Shown in pieces: positions 1-9,319 of a stretch of 64,000 nt of DNA. Position 1 is the first letter of the stretch. Each line of letters starts with the position of its first letter. A model generated the notes under the pieces. It searched no databases and had not been told where the DNA came from. It was given only the letters and a program-made list of their open reading frames with translations. The DNA is from Candidatus Thorarchaeota archaeon (GTDB taxonomy: Archaea > Asgardarchaeota > Thorarchaeia > Thorarchaeales > Thorarchaeaceae), in assembly GCA_029855935.1 (NCBI GenBank), contig JAGSHN010000031.1:64001-128000 (forward strand). The letters run 5' to 3'. A program made the position numbers and the translations under genes.

Positions 1-443
1 GCCTTTGTGCAGGTATGGGACATGTCCGCCGGGACAACAACGTCCATTCTGACGCGATGAGAGATTCCCTTGGCCAGTGCCTCAACATAGGGCAGACAGA
101 CCGTGTCGCAATAGACACTGCCCCTCTTCACAAACGCCGCATGCTGCGGACAGTATGGATGCTCCGTTTCCACACGACTGTCATTGACCCACCGGACGCG
201 AATCTTGGCACCCATAAGACCACCAACGACAAGCCAAGCGTCGAGGGCATCCTGCAGAGAGTCGCCCAGCTCAAGACGTTCTCTGAGGAGCCCAGCGTCC
301 TCGGTCCCCAGGCGTCTGAAGACCTCTGCCACAGCATCGCGTCCGGCCTCACCAAATCGCTCGTCGAGGACAACAGCCAGCTCCGTCATCAGGCGATAGA
401 GGTTGTCTCGAATCTCGGCGACCTTCATAGGACTGGGAATCAT
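1..443 (-). CDS. V4R / ATC-hydrolase-like small ligand-binding protein (3' end runs off the window)
   Basis: Not in the ORF track. Manual translation gives MIPSPMKVAEIRDNLYRLMTELAVVLDERFGEAGRDAVAEVFRRLG...HPYCPQH...YCDTVCLPY...HTCTK. GAGAGGG SD precedes the ATG at 443; CP..C..C..C pattern is typical of V4R-fold proteins. Confidence 0.7.
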   Translation of the reverse strand, partial: MIPSPMKVAEIRDNLYRLMTELAVVLDERFGEAGRDAVAEVFRRLGTEDAGLLRERLELGDSLQDALDAWLVVGGLMGAKIRVRWVNDSRVETEHPYCPQHAAFVKRGSVYCDTVCLPYVEALAKGISHRVRMDVVVPADMSHTCTK

Positions 444-675
444 CCCTCTCACGGCCAGCTTTCGTGCAAGACCCAAATCTCTCACACTCCTAGCACCGAC
501 TGAGGAGTGACTCCTCATTAGTCTTTGGCAACGCTAGGGAGGGGACGGTACAGGGACTTCTGCCATATCAGGGGGAATACGAGGAACGCGACACATTGTG
601 TCCTCGAACAATTTATTGCAGGGCCGTTTCAACCTCGGACCCAGTGTCTTCATACAACAACGGAGTGTTGCCGCT

Positions 676-1695
676 GTGACGGACAGGATGGATAGCAGGT
701 CAATGAGATCAATGGTTGAGATATTCCCCGAGCTCTTGCTTCGAGGGAGCGTGAATCAGGACGTGCTTGAGAGAGCCGATATGATACGTGAGCGCGGAAT
801 GCAGGGGATATGTCTCGTCGGGATGGGTGGCAGCTCGATCGCCGGCGAGGTGTCCAGAGCGCTCCTCCAAGGAGAAACGGAGATTCCGGTCATCAGCGTG
901 AGAGACTACCGCCTGCCTCAGGCCGTCAACAGAGAGTGGACAGTTCTGGTCGTGAGCTACTCGGGCAACACAGAGGAGACACTCTCCGCCTTCGATGATG
1001 CCCGTCGTCGTGGTGCCGAGATATTTGCCGTGACAACAGGTGGCAGGCTAGCGGAGCTCGTACACCAAGACGAGATTATCAGACTGAGTTCAGGCCTGCA
1101 GCCAAGAGCTGCACTCCCACATATGTTCTCGCTGGAATACACTCTACTGAGAAGACTGACGGGCCTGCCGGAAGTCGACCTCTCAGATGTAGCCGCTCAC
1201 CTGAAACGGGCAAGAGAGGCCTGGCGTGATGGGAAGCCGATCTCACCACAGAGCATCACATCAGCGCTGATTGACAAGATACCCCTGTTTGTGGGGTGGC
1301 GACATCTGGCGCCCGTGGCATACAGAGCGAAGTGTCAGGTAAATGAGAATGCCAAGGCGCCAGCACTTTACTCTGAGATTCCGGAGTTTGACCACAATGA
1401 GATCGAGGCTTCGGGTAGATACTCGGCTTCGAGAATAGTGCCCATCTTTCTCAGGAGCCATCTGGAGGACGAGAGAGTCGCACTCCGGATACGGGCCACG
1501 ACGGAGGTGATGAGAGAAGAGGGGGCAGATATCGTTGAGATACCTTCCCTTGGTCATGACAGCCTGACGGAGACCCTGGCGGCCATTCTCTTCTGCGATG
1601 AGGTCTCTGTGGACCTCGCTGACAGGCTTGGTGTGGATGCGACTATTGTCAGAAGAATCGAGCGTCTCAAGAGGATCCTCGCAGGCGAGGGCTAG
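676..1695 (+). CDS. Bifunctional phosphoglucose/phosphomannose isomerase (double SIS domain)
   Basis: GMGGS, VSYSGNTEET, QPRAA, CQVNENAK and PEFDHNEIE motifs. Start uncertain (GTG 676 or ATG 688/703). Confidence 0.9.
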   Translation: MTDRMDSRSMRSMVEIFPELLLRGSVNQDVLERADMIRERGMQGICLVGMGGSSIAGEVSRALLQGETEIPVISVRDYRLPQAVNREWTVLVVSYSGNTEETLSAFDDARRRGAEIFAVTTGGRLAELVHQDEIIRLSSGLQPRAALPHMFSLEYTLLRRLTGLPEVDLSDVAAHLKRAREAWRDGKPISPQSITSALIDKIPLFVGWRHLAPVAYRAKCQVNENAKAPALYSEIPEFDHNEIEASGRYSASRIVPIFLRSHLEDERVALRIRATTEVMREEGADIVEIPSLGHDSLTETLAAILFCDEVSVDLADRLGVDATIVRRIERLKRILAGEG

Positions 1696-2228
1696 ATGAT
1701 TCTCACACCCTCGTATAGGAACTGCACCCGCCGAACCGACTGAGGGGAGTCCAACACACGGTAGAATATCGTAAGTGTGACCTGGAATACCCACGTGTCC
1801 GTGTTGGTCGCGTTGAGTAGGGCTGCCTTATCAAGGTCATCTGTGATTCGTCCACTGACCGTGAAATTGGCTCGATAACCAGGGTATAGCGACCGATTGT
1901 CCGCAGGAATGGTCAGTCGAAAGTTCGTGTAGCTGAGGGAATTGCCATCCAGCTTGACTGCGGCGGTCAGGGACATAAGGTTCGCATCGCCCTGCAGAGT
2001 CAGCGGGACCCTAAACCCGAAGACAAAGTCCAGCCTAGGATTGATGCTGAGGTTTGCCGGATCATAGTCAACAAGGTTGACGGCATTGAGGCGTACGTCC
2101 AGAGTAGAAACCATTGCATAGCTGCCACCATAGTAGGCAGCGTTGCTGACAAGCGTGAAGGCACTGACTAGGGTGATGATGATTGTTGCAACCACTATTC
2201 GGTTCTGGGTCTTGGGGTCGGATATCAT
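1692..2228 (-). CDS. Membrane-anchored beta-sandwich hypothetical protein (LEA_2-like)
   Basis: N-terminal TM helix (IVVATIIITLVSAFTLV) followed by alternating beta-strand patterns; start MISDPK at 2228. Confidence 0.6.
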   Translation of the reverse strand: MISDPKTQNRIVVATIIITLVSAFTLVSNAAYYGGSYAMVSTLDVRLNAVNLVDYDPANLSINPRLDFVFGFRVPLTLQGDANLMSLTAAVKLDGNSLSYTNFRLTIPADNRSLYPGYRANFTVSGRITDDLDKAALLNATNTDTWVFQVTLTIFYRVLDSPQSVRRVQFLYEGVRII

Positions 2229-2284
2229 CGGCGCTCGCTCTCTTCCATCCGGAGACCCAATATCACACTTCCGCTCGGCGCATC

Positions 2285-3151
2285 TTAGAGAAGGAGCGAC
2301 AGTGCAACAATATGAACGATCCACGGAAAGAGCGCAAGGAATGTGGGTAGGGGTATTGCTGGCAGTATGCTGCCCTCGCGTAGAACGACGAAGACGTTGA
2401 CTGCGATACCAAGGGCCCCCAAGAGAAAGGACATACTCCAGACGTAGAACGGAAAATGAGTTATCGCGTGGGCGCCTACCAGCGAGAACACTATGAAGTC
2501 ACCCGCACCGACTGTTGCAGGGCCAGACCTGACATGTGCGTACTCGAATGGATCCTTACCGGGAGATGCAATCAGAGGTTGAGCCCTGGCACGAGGATGG
2601 TAACGGGTGAGGACATAGTCCTCAATGATGACGCTAATAGTGATGACAAAGATGGTACTGGTGAGCATTGTCACTCCGAGAAAAGTGCCGAAGATGCTAC
2701 CATAGAATATCACAAAGAGGTTCCTGATGACAGGAGGGATGACATCGACTATGATCAGAGCCAGTGACATCAGTGACACGCCGAGCGACACGACGAGGAG
2801 AAACCCGTACACGACGCTGGTTGTACCCTTGAACATCACCAGGAGAAGTGTCTCGCCGACAAAGATTGACACAAAGCCGAGAATCGGGGAGACCACGAGC
2901 GCGACGACGAGTCTGCGTCCGCGACGGCTCCCAGTCTGGACTACCCAGTAGAGGGCGCCGACCACGAGAGAGCCAAGTATGGTCGACACGATTGCTTGGA
3001 TGACTAGGCCGTAGAGACTGTAGCTCACCCCTGTGCCTATGGATCGTCCAACGTAGCTGGATGAGAGAACGGCCGAACCCACGGCTGAACCTATGACCAG
3101 AGGAGATAGTGCTACCACCATCAGTCTTGCGCGGTTCCAGTCCACTCTCAT
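2285..3151 (-). CDS. Presenilin/signal-peptide-peptidase-like intramembrane aspartyl protease
   Basis: About 9 TM segments; IIEDY (YD-equivalent Asp), GAGDF (GxGD) and C-terminal LPAIP (PAL motif) in the canonical order. Confidence 0.8.
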   Translation of the reverse strand: MRVDWNRARLMVVALSPLVIGSAVGSAVLSSSYVGRSIGTGVSYSLYGLVIQAIVSTILGSLVVGALYWVVQTGSRRGRRLVVALVVSPILGFVSIFVGETLLLVMFKGTTSVVYGFLLVVSLGVSLMSLALIIVDVIPPVIRNLFVIFYGSIFGTFLGVTMLTSTIFVITISVIIEDYVLTRYHPRARAQPLIASPGKDPFEYAHVRSGPATVGAGDFIVFSLVGAHAITHFPFYVWSMSFLLGALGIAVNVFVVLREGSILPAIPLPTFLALFPWIVHIVALSLLL

Positions 3152-3271
3152 AGTACCCACGCCCCGCATTCGAGGCTTGGACTTATAGTCAGTCTGTTCA
3201 CCGCACTGGCGAGCAGCATCGCGTGGACTGAACGCGGAAGAGGGCGTCGACAGCCCGTGGGGGGAATGTTG

Positions 3272-3307
3272 AGAAAAGAAAGGTAGGAGGGGACAATAGT
3301 CCCCCTT
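3272..3307 (-). terminator. Hairpin plus U-rich tract downstream of the SBP gene
   Basis: GGGGAC-AATA-GTCCCC inverted repeat followed on the minus strand by CCTTTCTTTTCTC, shortly after the stop at 3331. Confidence 0.6.
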
Positions 3308-3330
3308 AGTCTTGTACTACTGACGCCACT

Positions 3331-5187
3331 CTACCGCTGACGCAGGAGGACGTAGCCACCGACGAGAATCACAACAGCAGCGCCAACCGCACCAGCAACG
3401 ATTGCCAGAGTGTAGTCTGGAGCAGTCGTCGTGGTCGTCTCGGTTGTGGTCTCGGTTGTGGTCTCGGTAGTAGTGGTTGTGGTGGAGCGGTCGAGTCCGT
3501 GGAAGTAGTTCGGGTTGTAGGTCAGCTCGGTGAACTCACCTGCAACATACTCGGAGATGTTGAATGGACCACTGGTGACCATACTGTCAGTGGGCGGGTT
3601 GGGCTGCCACTGGTCCCAGTGTTCCGTACCAATTGTCTCGAAGAAGTGCTTCGGGATGATTGGCTTGTATCCGACAGTGTGCAGGTGCCAGTAAGACTCG
3701 GTGTCGAACTCCACAACGACCGTGTACGTCGTGGGAGCGTATGCTGCGGTCATCTCGGAGAGATCCGCACCATACGGGTTGCCTGGCGCATCACGGTAGT
3801 AGTTCAATGAGAACGCTACGTCTTCTCCGGTCAGTGGTGTTCCATCTGTCCATGTGGCGTTCTGTACTAGGTTGAACGTAAACCGTGTATGCCCTTCTGG
3901 GACGTCAGGGTTGGTTGCGTGAGTGTCCGCTGTGTAGCTCTCTGCCAGCCAGAGGATGTCGTGACCCTGCGGGTCAATGGCGATCAGGCTGTCGTAGAGC
4001 TCACTCAGCACGTTCATTGTGTATGCGGAGCTGCTCGCCATGAAGTTGAACGTGTCAACGTCAAGCGGGTTGCTCCAGCGGAACGTGCCACCGAATGGAC
4101 CACCCTTGTCTGTCTTGAGGTGAACCTTGTAGTTCGTCCACCAGCCAGGCACACCACCGCTGACATCGTTCACAAAGCCCTCGAACCTGTCGGTTCTGTA
4201 GGCCGAGAGGAGGATGTTCTCGTAGCAGATGATCATCGGGCTGTCGTAGACCCAGATCCTCTGCATCTCGATGGCTGCCTCATAGACATCCTCGTAGTCA
4301 GTGGAGTGCAGGAGCTGATCTCTCCAGGTGTCGTAGGTGGAGTTCCTCCAGTTCGGGAAGTTGTAGTATGGTTCGTCAGCGTACTCCGACCAGAACTCGT
4401 AGGCCAGCCAGTCGACATCGAAGCTGCCGAAGCTGGAACCAAGGAAGACGATGTCGTAGTCACCGTGGAAGTAGAGTCTGGTGAGGTACTCGTAGAAGTC
4501 CGTTGGGGTGGACACCGCATCAACACCGAGAGCCTTCAGAGCATCGGCGACAATCTGGCCGACCTCAATGGCGATGTTGGAGGACTGTGCACACTCGACG
4601 TTGACTGAGAAGTCAGAGCCGTCGGGTGCCTCAAGCCAACCATCACCGTCGACGTCGGCGAAGCCAGCCCTGGCAAGCAGGTACTTACCATAGCCAACGT
4701 TTGCCTCGTAGTATGTGTAGGGCAGCATCCCCTCAATTGAGAACGGGTTGACCTTTGGCACACAGGAGTCCTGTGGCTCGGACAGACCGTCCCACACGTT
4801 GTCGGAGATCTTCTCCTTGTCAAGGGCAAACGCGAGGGCCCTGCGGAATTCCGTGATGTTGAACGGGTACTTCGCCGTATTGATGGTGACGTATCCGTAG
4901 CCGTTTCGGAGTACGTTGGCCACCTTGATGTTCGCTGCCGCCTCAAGGGTCGGCAGGTGCGTCGGGTCGACCATATCTCCGATCAGATCGATCTGGTCGT
5001 TCTGAAGAGCTAGAACCTGCTGGTCGTCGCCCTCTATCACGTTGAAAACAAGCTTGTTGATATATGGCCCATTCTTGAAGCCGCCAGGAATAGTCTGCGC
5101 CTTGGCATAGATTGGCGACATGGCCATCAACGTGAATGCGGCGACGAGCGAAATAGCAAGTACTCTCTTCGCACGTGCGCTCAGCAT
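3331..5187 (-). CDS. dppA: Peptide/nickel ABC transporter substrate-binding protein (family 5), circularly permuted, with C-terminal Thr-rich linker and TM anchor
   Basis: Signal peptide; EFRRALAFALDK, LAESY, W.DGTPLTGEDVAFS and VTSGPF motifs; TTTE linker and terminal TM helix followed by RQR. Confidence 0.9.
   Translation of the reverse strand: MLSARAKRVLAISLVAAFTLMAMSPIYAKAQTIPGGFKNGPYINKLVFNVIEGDDQQVLALQNDQIDLIGDMVDPTHLPTLEAAANIKVANVLRNGYGYVTINTAKYPFNITEFRRALAFALDKEKISDNVWDGLSEPQDSCVPKVNPFSIEGMLPYTYYEANVGYGKYLLARAGFADVDGDGWLEAPDGSDFSVNVECAQSSNIAIEVGQIVADALKALGVDAVSTPTDFYEYLTRLYFHGDYDIVFLGSSFGSFDVDWLAYEFWSEYADEPYYNFPNWRNSTYDTWRDQLLHSTDYEDVYEAAIEMQRIWVYDSPMIICYENILLSAYRTDRFEGFVNDVSGGVPGWWTNYKVHLKTDKGGPFGGTFRWSNPLDVDTFNFMASSSAYTMNVLSELYDSLIAIDPQGHDILWLAESYTADTHATNPDVPEGHTRFTFNLVQNATWTDGTPLTGEDVAFSLNYYRDAPGNPYGADLSEMTAAYAPTTYTVVVEFDTESYWHLHTVGYKPIIPKHFFETIGTEHWDQWQPNPPTDSMVTSGPFNISEYVAGEFTELTYNPNYFHGLDRSTTTTTTETTTETTTETTTTTAPDYTLAIVAGAVGAAVVILVGGYVLLRQR
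3425..3484 (-). repeat. Low-complexity tandem repeat encoding a (T)n/TTTE linker
   Basis: Repeated 12-nt unit CTCGGTTGTGGT on the + strand; protein STTTTTTETTTETTTETTTTT. Confidence 0.85.
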
Positions 5188-5381
5188 ATTCTCTGTCTCC
5201 TTCCGAGTCGAAATCGGATTGAGAATCCGTGCGACTAGCATAGATAAAAGCGTTATGATGGACTCGGATACACAAAGATTGCGGAGAACGAAACCCAAGG
5301 AACAACGTCAGGGTACAGTTGCGCCGACGGACGGCGTCCGGAGGACCATCAGTCTCCCAGCCAGCGGTCTGCTATGGCGGT

Positions 5382-7001
5382 TCACCGTTCCCTCAGGCGC
5401 GGGTTCAGCACCTGGTCGAGTGTGTGACCAACGAACGTGAAGGCCAGCGACAGGAGAGTGATCATCAGTCCCGGGAAGACGACCACCCACCACGCACCGT
5501 TGCTGAAGCCACCAGCAGCCTGGGCGTCGGCGAGCATGCGTCCCCAGCTGGGTTGGCTGGGATCAGTCAGTCCGAGGAAGGAGAGGCCAGCCTCTGAGAG
5601 GATTGCGCCTACGACGCCCAGCGTGATGTCGGCAAAGAGTATGGGTGTCACGTTGGGGAGGATGTGCCTGAATATGATGTAGGTGTCTGAGGCACCGATG
5701 GCACGCGCGGACTCCACGTATGCCTTGTTCTTCTCGGCCATAACTTGAGACCGAATCAGCCGTGACGTACCGGTCCATCCAAGTATCGCTATGACGACGA
5801 TGATGTTCTCAATGGTTGGTCCGAGGAACGCCGCGAGCACCATCATAAGCGGCAGTCCCGGGATGACGAGCAGAAAGTCAACGATTCGCATCAGTATCTC
5901 ATCGATTTTCCCGCCGAAATATCCCGATGTCAGACCGACAATCACACCGACACCGCTAGAGAGAAGGGTGGCCAAGATACCGATTGTCAGGCTGATTCGT
6001 GTTCCGAACACCAGCTGAGACCACGCGTCAGCACCCTTGTCGGTGGTCCCCAATAGGCCAAAGTAGGGCCCGTAGGCGTAGACGCTCACGTGGGTTATGT
6101 CGACTGATACGGAGCCGTCGTAGTCATGCCAGTTAAGAAACATGTTCTTGGTGGGCGCAAGACCCACAGCCAGTGTCAAGACATCCGTGGGATCCTCTTG
6201 ACCATTGCCGTTGTCCACCATTCCGCCCCACGCCTCAAGGATGTCAAACCAGCTCAGGTCCATCCCACGGGTGATGTCGGTATTCGAGTACGGTGGGTAC
6301 GACTTGTAGATCATCCTCCAGTTGCCTGACGAGTCGATGAGCCAGGCGTAGACCTTGAACATCAGGCCGCCATCAGACTTTGTTGCAAAGTCACCGCTGA
6401 GATGAACTCTCAGCCTGATGCTGACATTCACGTCGCTTGGCAAGCGCTCGTACGGCCAATCAAAAGACTGCGTGAAATAGACGAAGTCACGTACATCGGG
6501 CATCTGGCTTGAGGCATTGAATGGCAGATTGAAACGCGGACGGTCACTACTGTTGTGCATCCAAGTCAGACGGACATAATTCTCGTCCCCGGGACCAGTA
6601 CTCAGATGATGACTTCCCGTGAAGTATGAGTGGTTGCCGTAGGTCTGCGAGCCGTAGAACTGAATGTGATTAGTCTGTAGCGGATCGTCAGGAGTATATG
6701 TCATCGATAGGTCGGGGTCGGGCAGGTACTCGCCAGTCTGTACGGCTCCCGGGTCAAAGACGCTCATCCACGATGGCGCAAGGAACGAAGGGGCTATCTT
6801 GTTGCCGGGGGAGGGGTTGTACGACACAAAGTATGGCGCGCCTATTGCCAAGACGATAAAGAATGTGAGAATGGCAACACCAATTACACCCATCCTGTGA
6901 CGTTTGTACTCGCCCCAGAAGGTCACCCAGCCGATGTACCAATTGCTGTCGCGCCAGCTCTTCGTCGCCTTCGACAATACAGTCACCTTCTTGGCTCGCA
7001 A
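5382..7001 (-). CDS. dppC: Peptide ABC transporter permease DppC/OppC with a large extracellular insertion
   Basis: OppC_N-like start, LGTTDKG, RISLTIG, EAA-like loop YVESARAIGAS, LNPRLR end; TTG start with GGAGAGGTG SD. Confidence 0.92.
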   Translation of the reverse strand: MRAKKVTVLSKATKSWRDSNWYIGWVTFWGEYKRHRMGVIGVAILTFFIVLAIGAPYFVSYNPSPGNKIAPSFLAPSWMSVFDPGAVQTGEYLPDPDLSMTYTPDDPLQTNHIQFYGSQTYGNHSYFTGSHHLSTGPGDENYVRLTWMHNSSDRPRFNLPFNASSQMPDVRDFVYFTQSFDWPYERLPSDVNVSIRLRVHLSGDFATKSDGGLMFKVYAWLIDSSGNWRMIYKSYPPYSNTDITRGMDLSWFDILEAWGGMVDNGNGQEDPTDVLTLAVGLAPTKNMFLNWHDYDGSVSVDITHVSVYAYGPYFGLLGTTDKGADAWSQLVFGTRISLTIGILATLLSSGVGVIVGLTSGYFGGKIDEILMRIVDFLLVIPGLPLMMVLAAFLGPTIENIIVVIAILGWTGTSRLIRSQVMAEKNKAYVESARAIGASDTYIIFRHILPNVTPILFADITLGVVGAILSEAGLSFLGLTDPSQPSWGRMLADAQAAGGFSNGAWWVVVFPGLMITLLSLAFTFVGHTLDQVLNPRLRER

Positions 7002-7200
7002 GCACCTCTCCCGTCAGGATATCCAGGGCTTTGCATGACAGCCAGCGTGCGCGAGCCTTCAAACACCTTATCAAGATTGTGGACTGCGTACAACGCACGT
7101 TCAGTAAACCCTAAAGCCCAGCTTGTCGAGACTCAGAGTCAGTGACTTGGCGGTGGAAAACTTGAGAACAGACAGCCAGCTTTCCGACGAGGATGTTGCC

Positions 7201-8304
7201 ATGACAGTGCCGGCGCAGGAGTCGCCCGAATACGTGAGGACAAGCCTCGCCGCTGCGATGACGATTGGAAAGGTGCAAGGGAGATTCTATAGAGATGCCA
7301 AACTGTACTGTATCAACATCCTGTTGACGTACGACGAGGGGTGTCACGCCAAGTGTGCCTACTGTGGCCTCTCGGGGTCGCGGCAGACCGAGAGGGAGTG
7401 GACAGAGAACTCTTTCATCAGAGTGGACTGGCCCGTCTTTCCCGTCGAGGACATAAAACAGGCATTGCATGATGGTACCTGTCCACACGTTGAGAGGGTC
7501 TGTGTGTCAATGATCACCCACAGACGGGCTCGCGAAGACTGCCTCACAGTGGTCAGGGATCTAAGGGATGTCATCCCACATATCTCGGTGCTCATAACTC
7601 CCACAATCATCAACCGCGACTGGCTTGAGCGGGCCAAGGAGGCGGGAGCAGACAAGGTCGGGATAGCGATAGACGCTGCCACACCAGAGATCTTTGAGAA
7701 ACTGAGGGGGAGAGGAGTGAGAGGCCCTCACAAATGGGAGAGATACTGGCAGACGGTGGCAGACGCTGTCGAGATATTCGGGCCTGAGAATGTTGGCATA
7801 CACCTGATAGTGGGCATCGGCGAGACCGAGAGGGAGATGGTGATGGCAATCCAGAGGGCCCAGAATCTAGGTGCGAGAACACACCTATTCTCGTTCTTCC
7901 CAGAGGAGGGATCGGTGATGGAGGACTGGCCACAGCCCCCCATTGGCGCCTACAGACGGGTGCAGCTGGCCCGCTACATCATAAACAAGGGCATTGGTTC
8001 GGCGCACGACATGCAGTTCAACGAGAGAGGACAGATCGTGTCCTTCGGCATCGCCGATGACGTGCTCGAACAGGTGATTGCTGATGGAGAGGCCTTTATG
8101 ACATCAGGCTGCAGCGGGGAAACAATGGACAACGCGTGCAACAGGCCTTTCGGCAACTGCACACCCTATCAGGCCTCTGTCGGCCACTGGAGAAACTTCC
8201 CAATGCGACCGTCACCAGAGGACATTGAGCTGGTTCGGCAACAGATCTGGGACTACTCAACAGAATACCACGAGCCAGAGGTCGATAGCGATATTGAGCG
8301 ATGA
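7201..8304 (+). CDS. lipS2: Radical SAM lipoyl synthase subunit LipS2 (archaeal type)
   Basis: CHAKCAYC (CX3CX2C); C-terminal TSGC...CNRP matches the LipS2 TxGC..C(N/D)RP motif; operon with a lipoate ligase. Confidence 0.85.
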   Translation: MTVPAQESPEYVRTSLAAAMTIGKVQGRFYRDAKLYCINILLTYDEGCHAKCAYCGLSGSRQTEREWTENSFIRVDWPVFPVEDIKQALHDGTCPHVERVCVSMITHRRAREDCLTVVRDLRDVIPHISVLITPTIINRDWLERAKEAGADKVGIAIDAATPEIFEKLRGRGVRGPHKWERYWQTVADAVEIFGPENVGIHLIVGIGETEREMVMAIQRAQNLGARTHLFSFFPEEGSVMEDWPQPPIGAYRRVQLARYIINKGIGSAHDMQFNERGQIVSFGIADDVLEQVIADGEAFMTSGCSGETMDNACNRPFGNCTPYQASVGHWRNFPMRPSPEDIELVRQQIWDYSTEYHEPEVDSDIER

Positions 8305-9289
8305 GATAGACAGCGTCTTTCGAATGCCTGGTGGAGAGCTTAAGACGCTGTATGACAGGGCATTCAGGATAGGTCGGAGGGTCGCTGGCGACAGAATTGC
8401 GTTCTATGCACCAGGTATGGTGCACTATGACACAGAGTTCTACACCGCGACGGACCCGTATAGATTTCCTAGTATCTCAATCACAGGAGCAGCCTGTTCA
8501 CTGAACTGCGAGCATTGCAGTGGGCATCTCCTAGAGACTATGATTCCGGCCCCGACACCAGAGGCGCTGTGGCAGGTCCTGAAGAAGGTCAAGGAGAAGG
8601 GAGGCGAGGGCTGTCTCATCAGTGGAGGATCGACCGCCCGCGGTGACGTTCCTCTGACAAGGTTCGTGCCGACAATTGCACGAGCCAAGCGAGAGCTCGG
8701 GCTGAGCATCGTCGTCCACACTGGTGTGGTGTACAGTGATACTGTTGAGCAGCTGGCGCGCGCGGGAATTGATGGTGCCATGCTGGACATCATAGGTTCA
8801 AGGGACACTATGAGGGAGGTCTATCATCTCGACCTTGCACCAGAGGTCTTTGACAGGTCGATGCAACTGCTGAGCGACTTTGGCATTCCTATGATGCCAC
8901 ACATTGTCGTCGGTCTGTACTACGGGAAGCTGAGGGGCGAGGCGGAGGCGATTCGGATGATATCGAAGTACAATCCCGAGTCCGTCATTGTTGTGGCCTT
9001 CAAACCTCTCGACAACACCCCGATGGAGAGTACGACGCCGCCTAGTCCGACTGACATCTCGCGGGTCATCTTGGCCGCACGACTCCAGATGCCAGATGTC
9101 CCACTCATCCTCGGCTGTGCCCGGCCCCACGGTGAACATCGTCGTGTGACGGACGTGTTGGCGCTGAGATGCGGTGTGAATGGTATTGCATATCCGACGG
9201 AAGAGGCGTATGAGGCGGCACGTGAGATGGGCCTCAAGGTAGTCATGTCGAACAAGTGTTGCTCGCTGATTGCAGATACTTTGAGATGA
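8294..9289 (+). CDS. lipS1: Radical SAM lipoyl synthase subunit LipS1 (archaeal type)
   Basis: CSLNCEHC; LGCARP (GC(M/A)R) and terminal KCCS (CC) motifs; TTG start overlaps the lipS2 end. Confidence 0.85.
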   Translation: MSDEIDSVFRMPGGELKTLYDRAFRIGRRVAGDRIAFYAPGMVHYDTEFYTATDPYRFPSISITGAACSLNCEHCSGHLLETMIPAPTPEALWQVLKKVKEKGGEGCLISGGSTARGDVPLTRFVPTIARAKRELGLSIVVHTGVVYSDTVEQLARAGIDGAMLDIIGSRDTMREVYHLDLAPEVFDRSMQLLSDFGIPMMPHIVVGLYYGKLRGEAEAIRMISKYNPESVIVVAFKPLDNTPMESTTPPSPTDISRVILAARLQMPDVPLILGCARPHGEHRRVTDVLALRCGVNGIAYPTEEAYEAAREMGLKVVMSNKCCSLIADTLR

Positions 9290-9319
9290 CGGCCGCACCA
9301 CCGGAGGACTGACAATAAG

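Noticed and set aside
15-503. 162-aa + strand ORF
   Set aside because: Antisense shadow of the better-supported minus-strand gene at 1-443.
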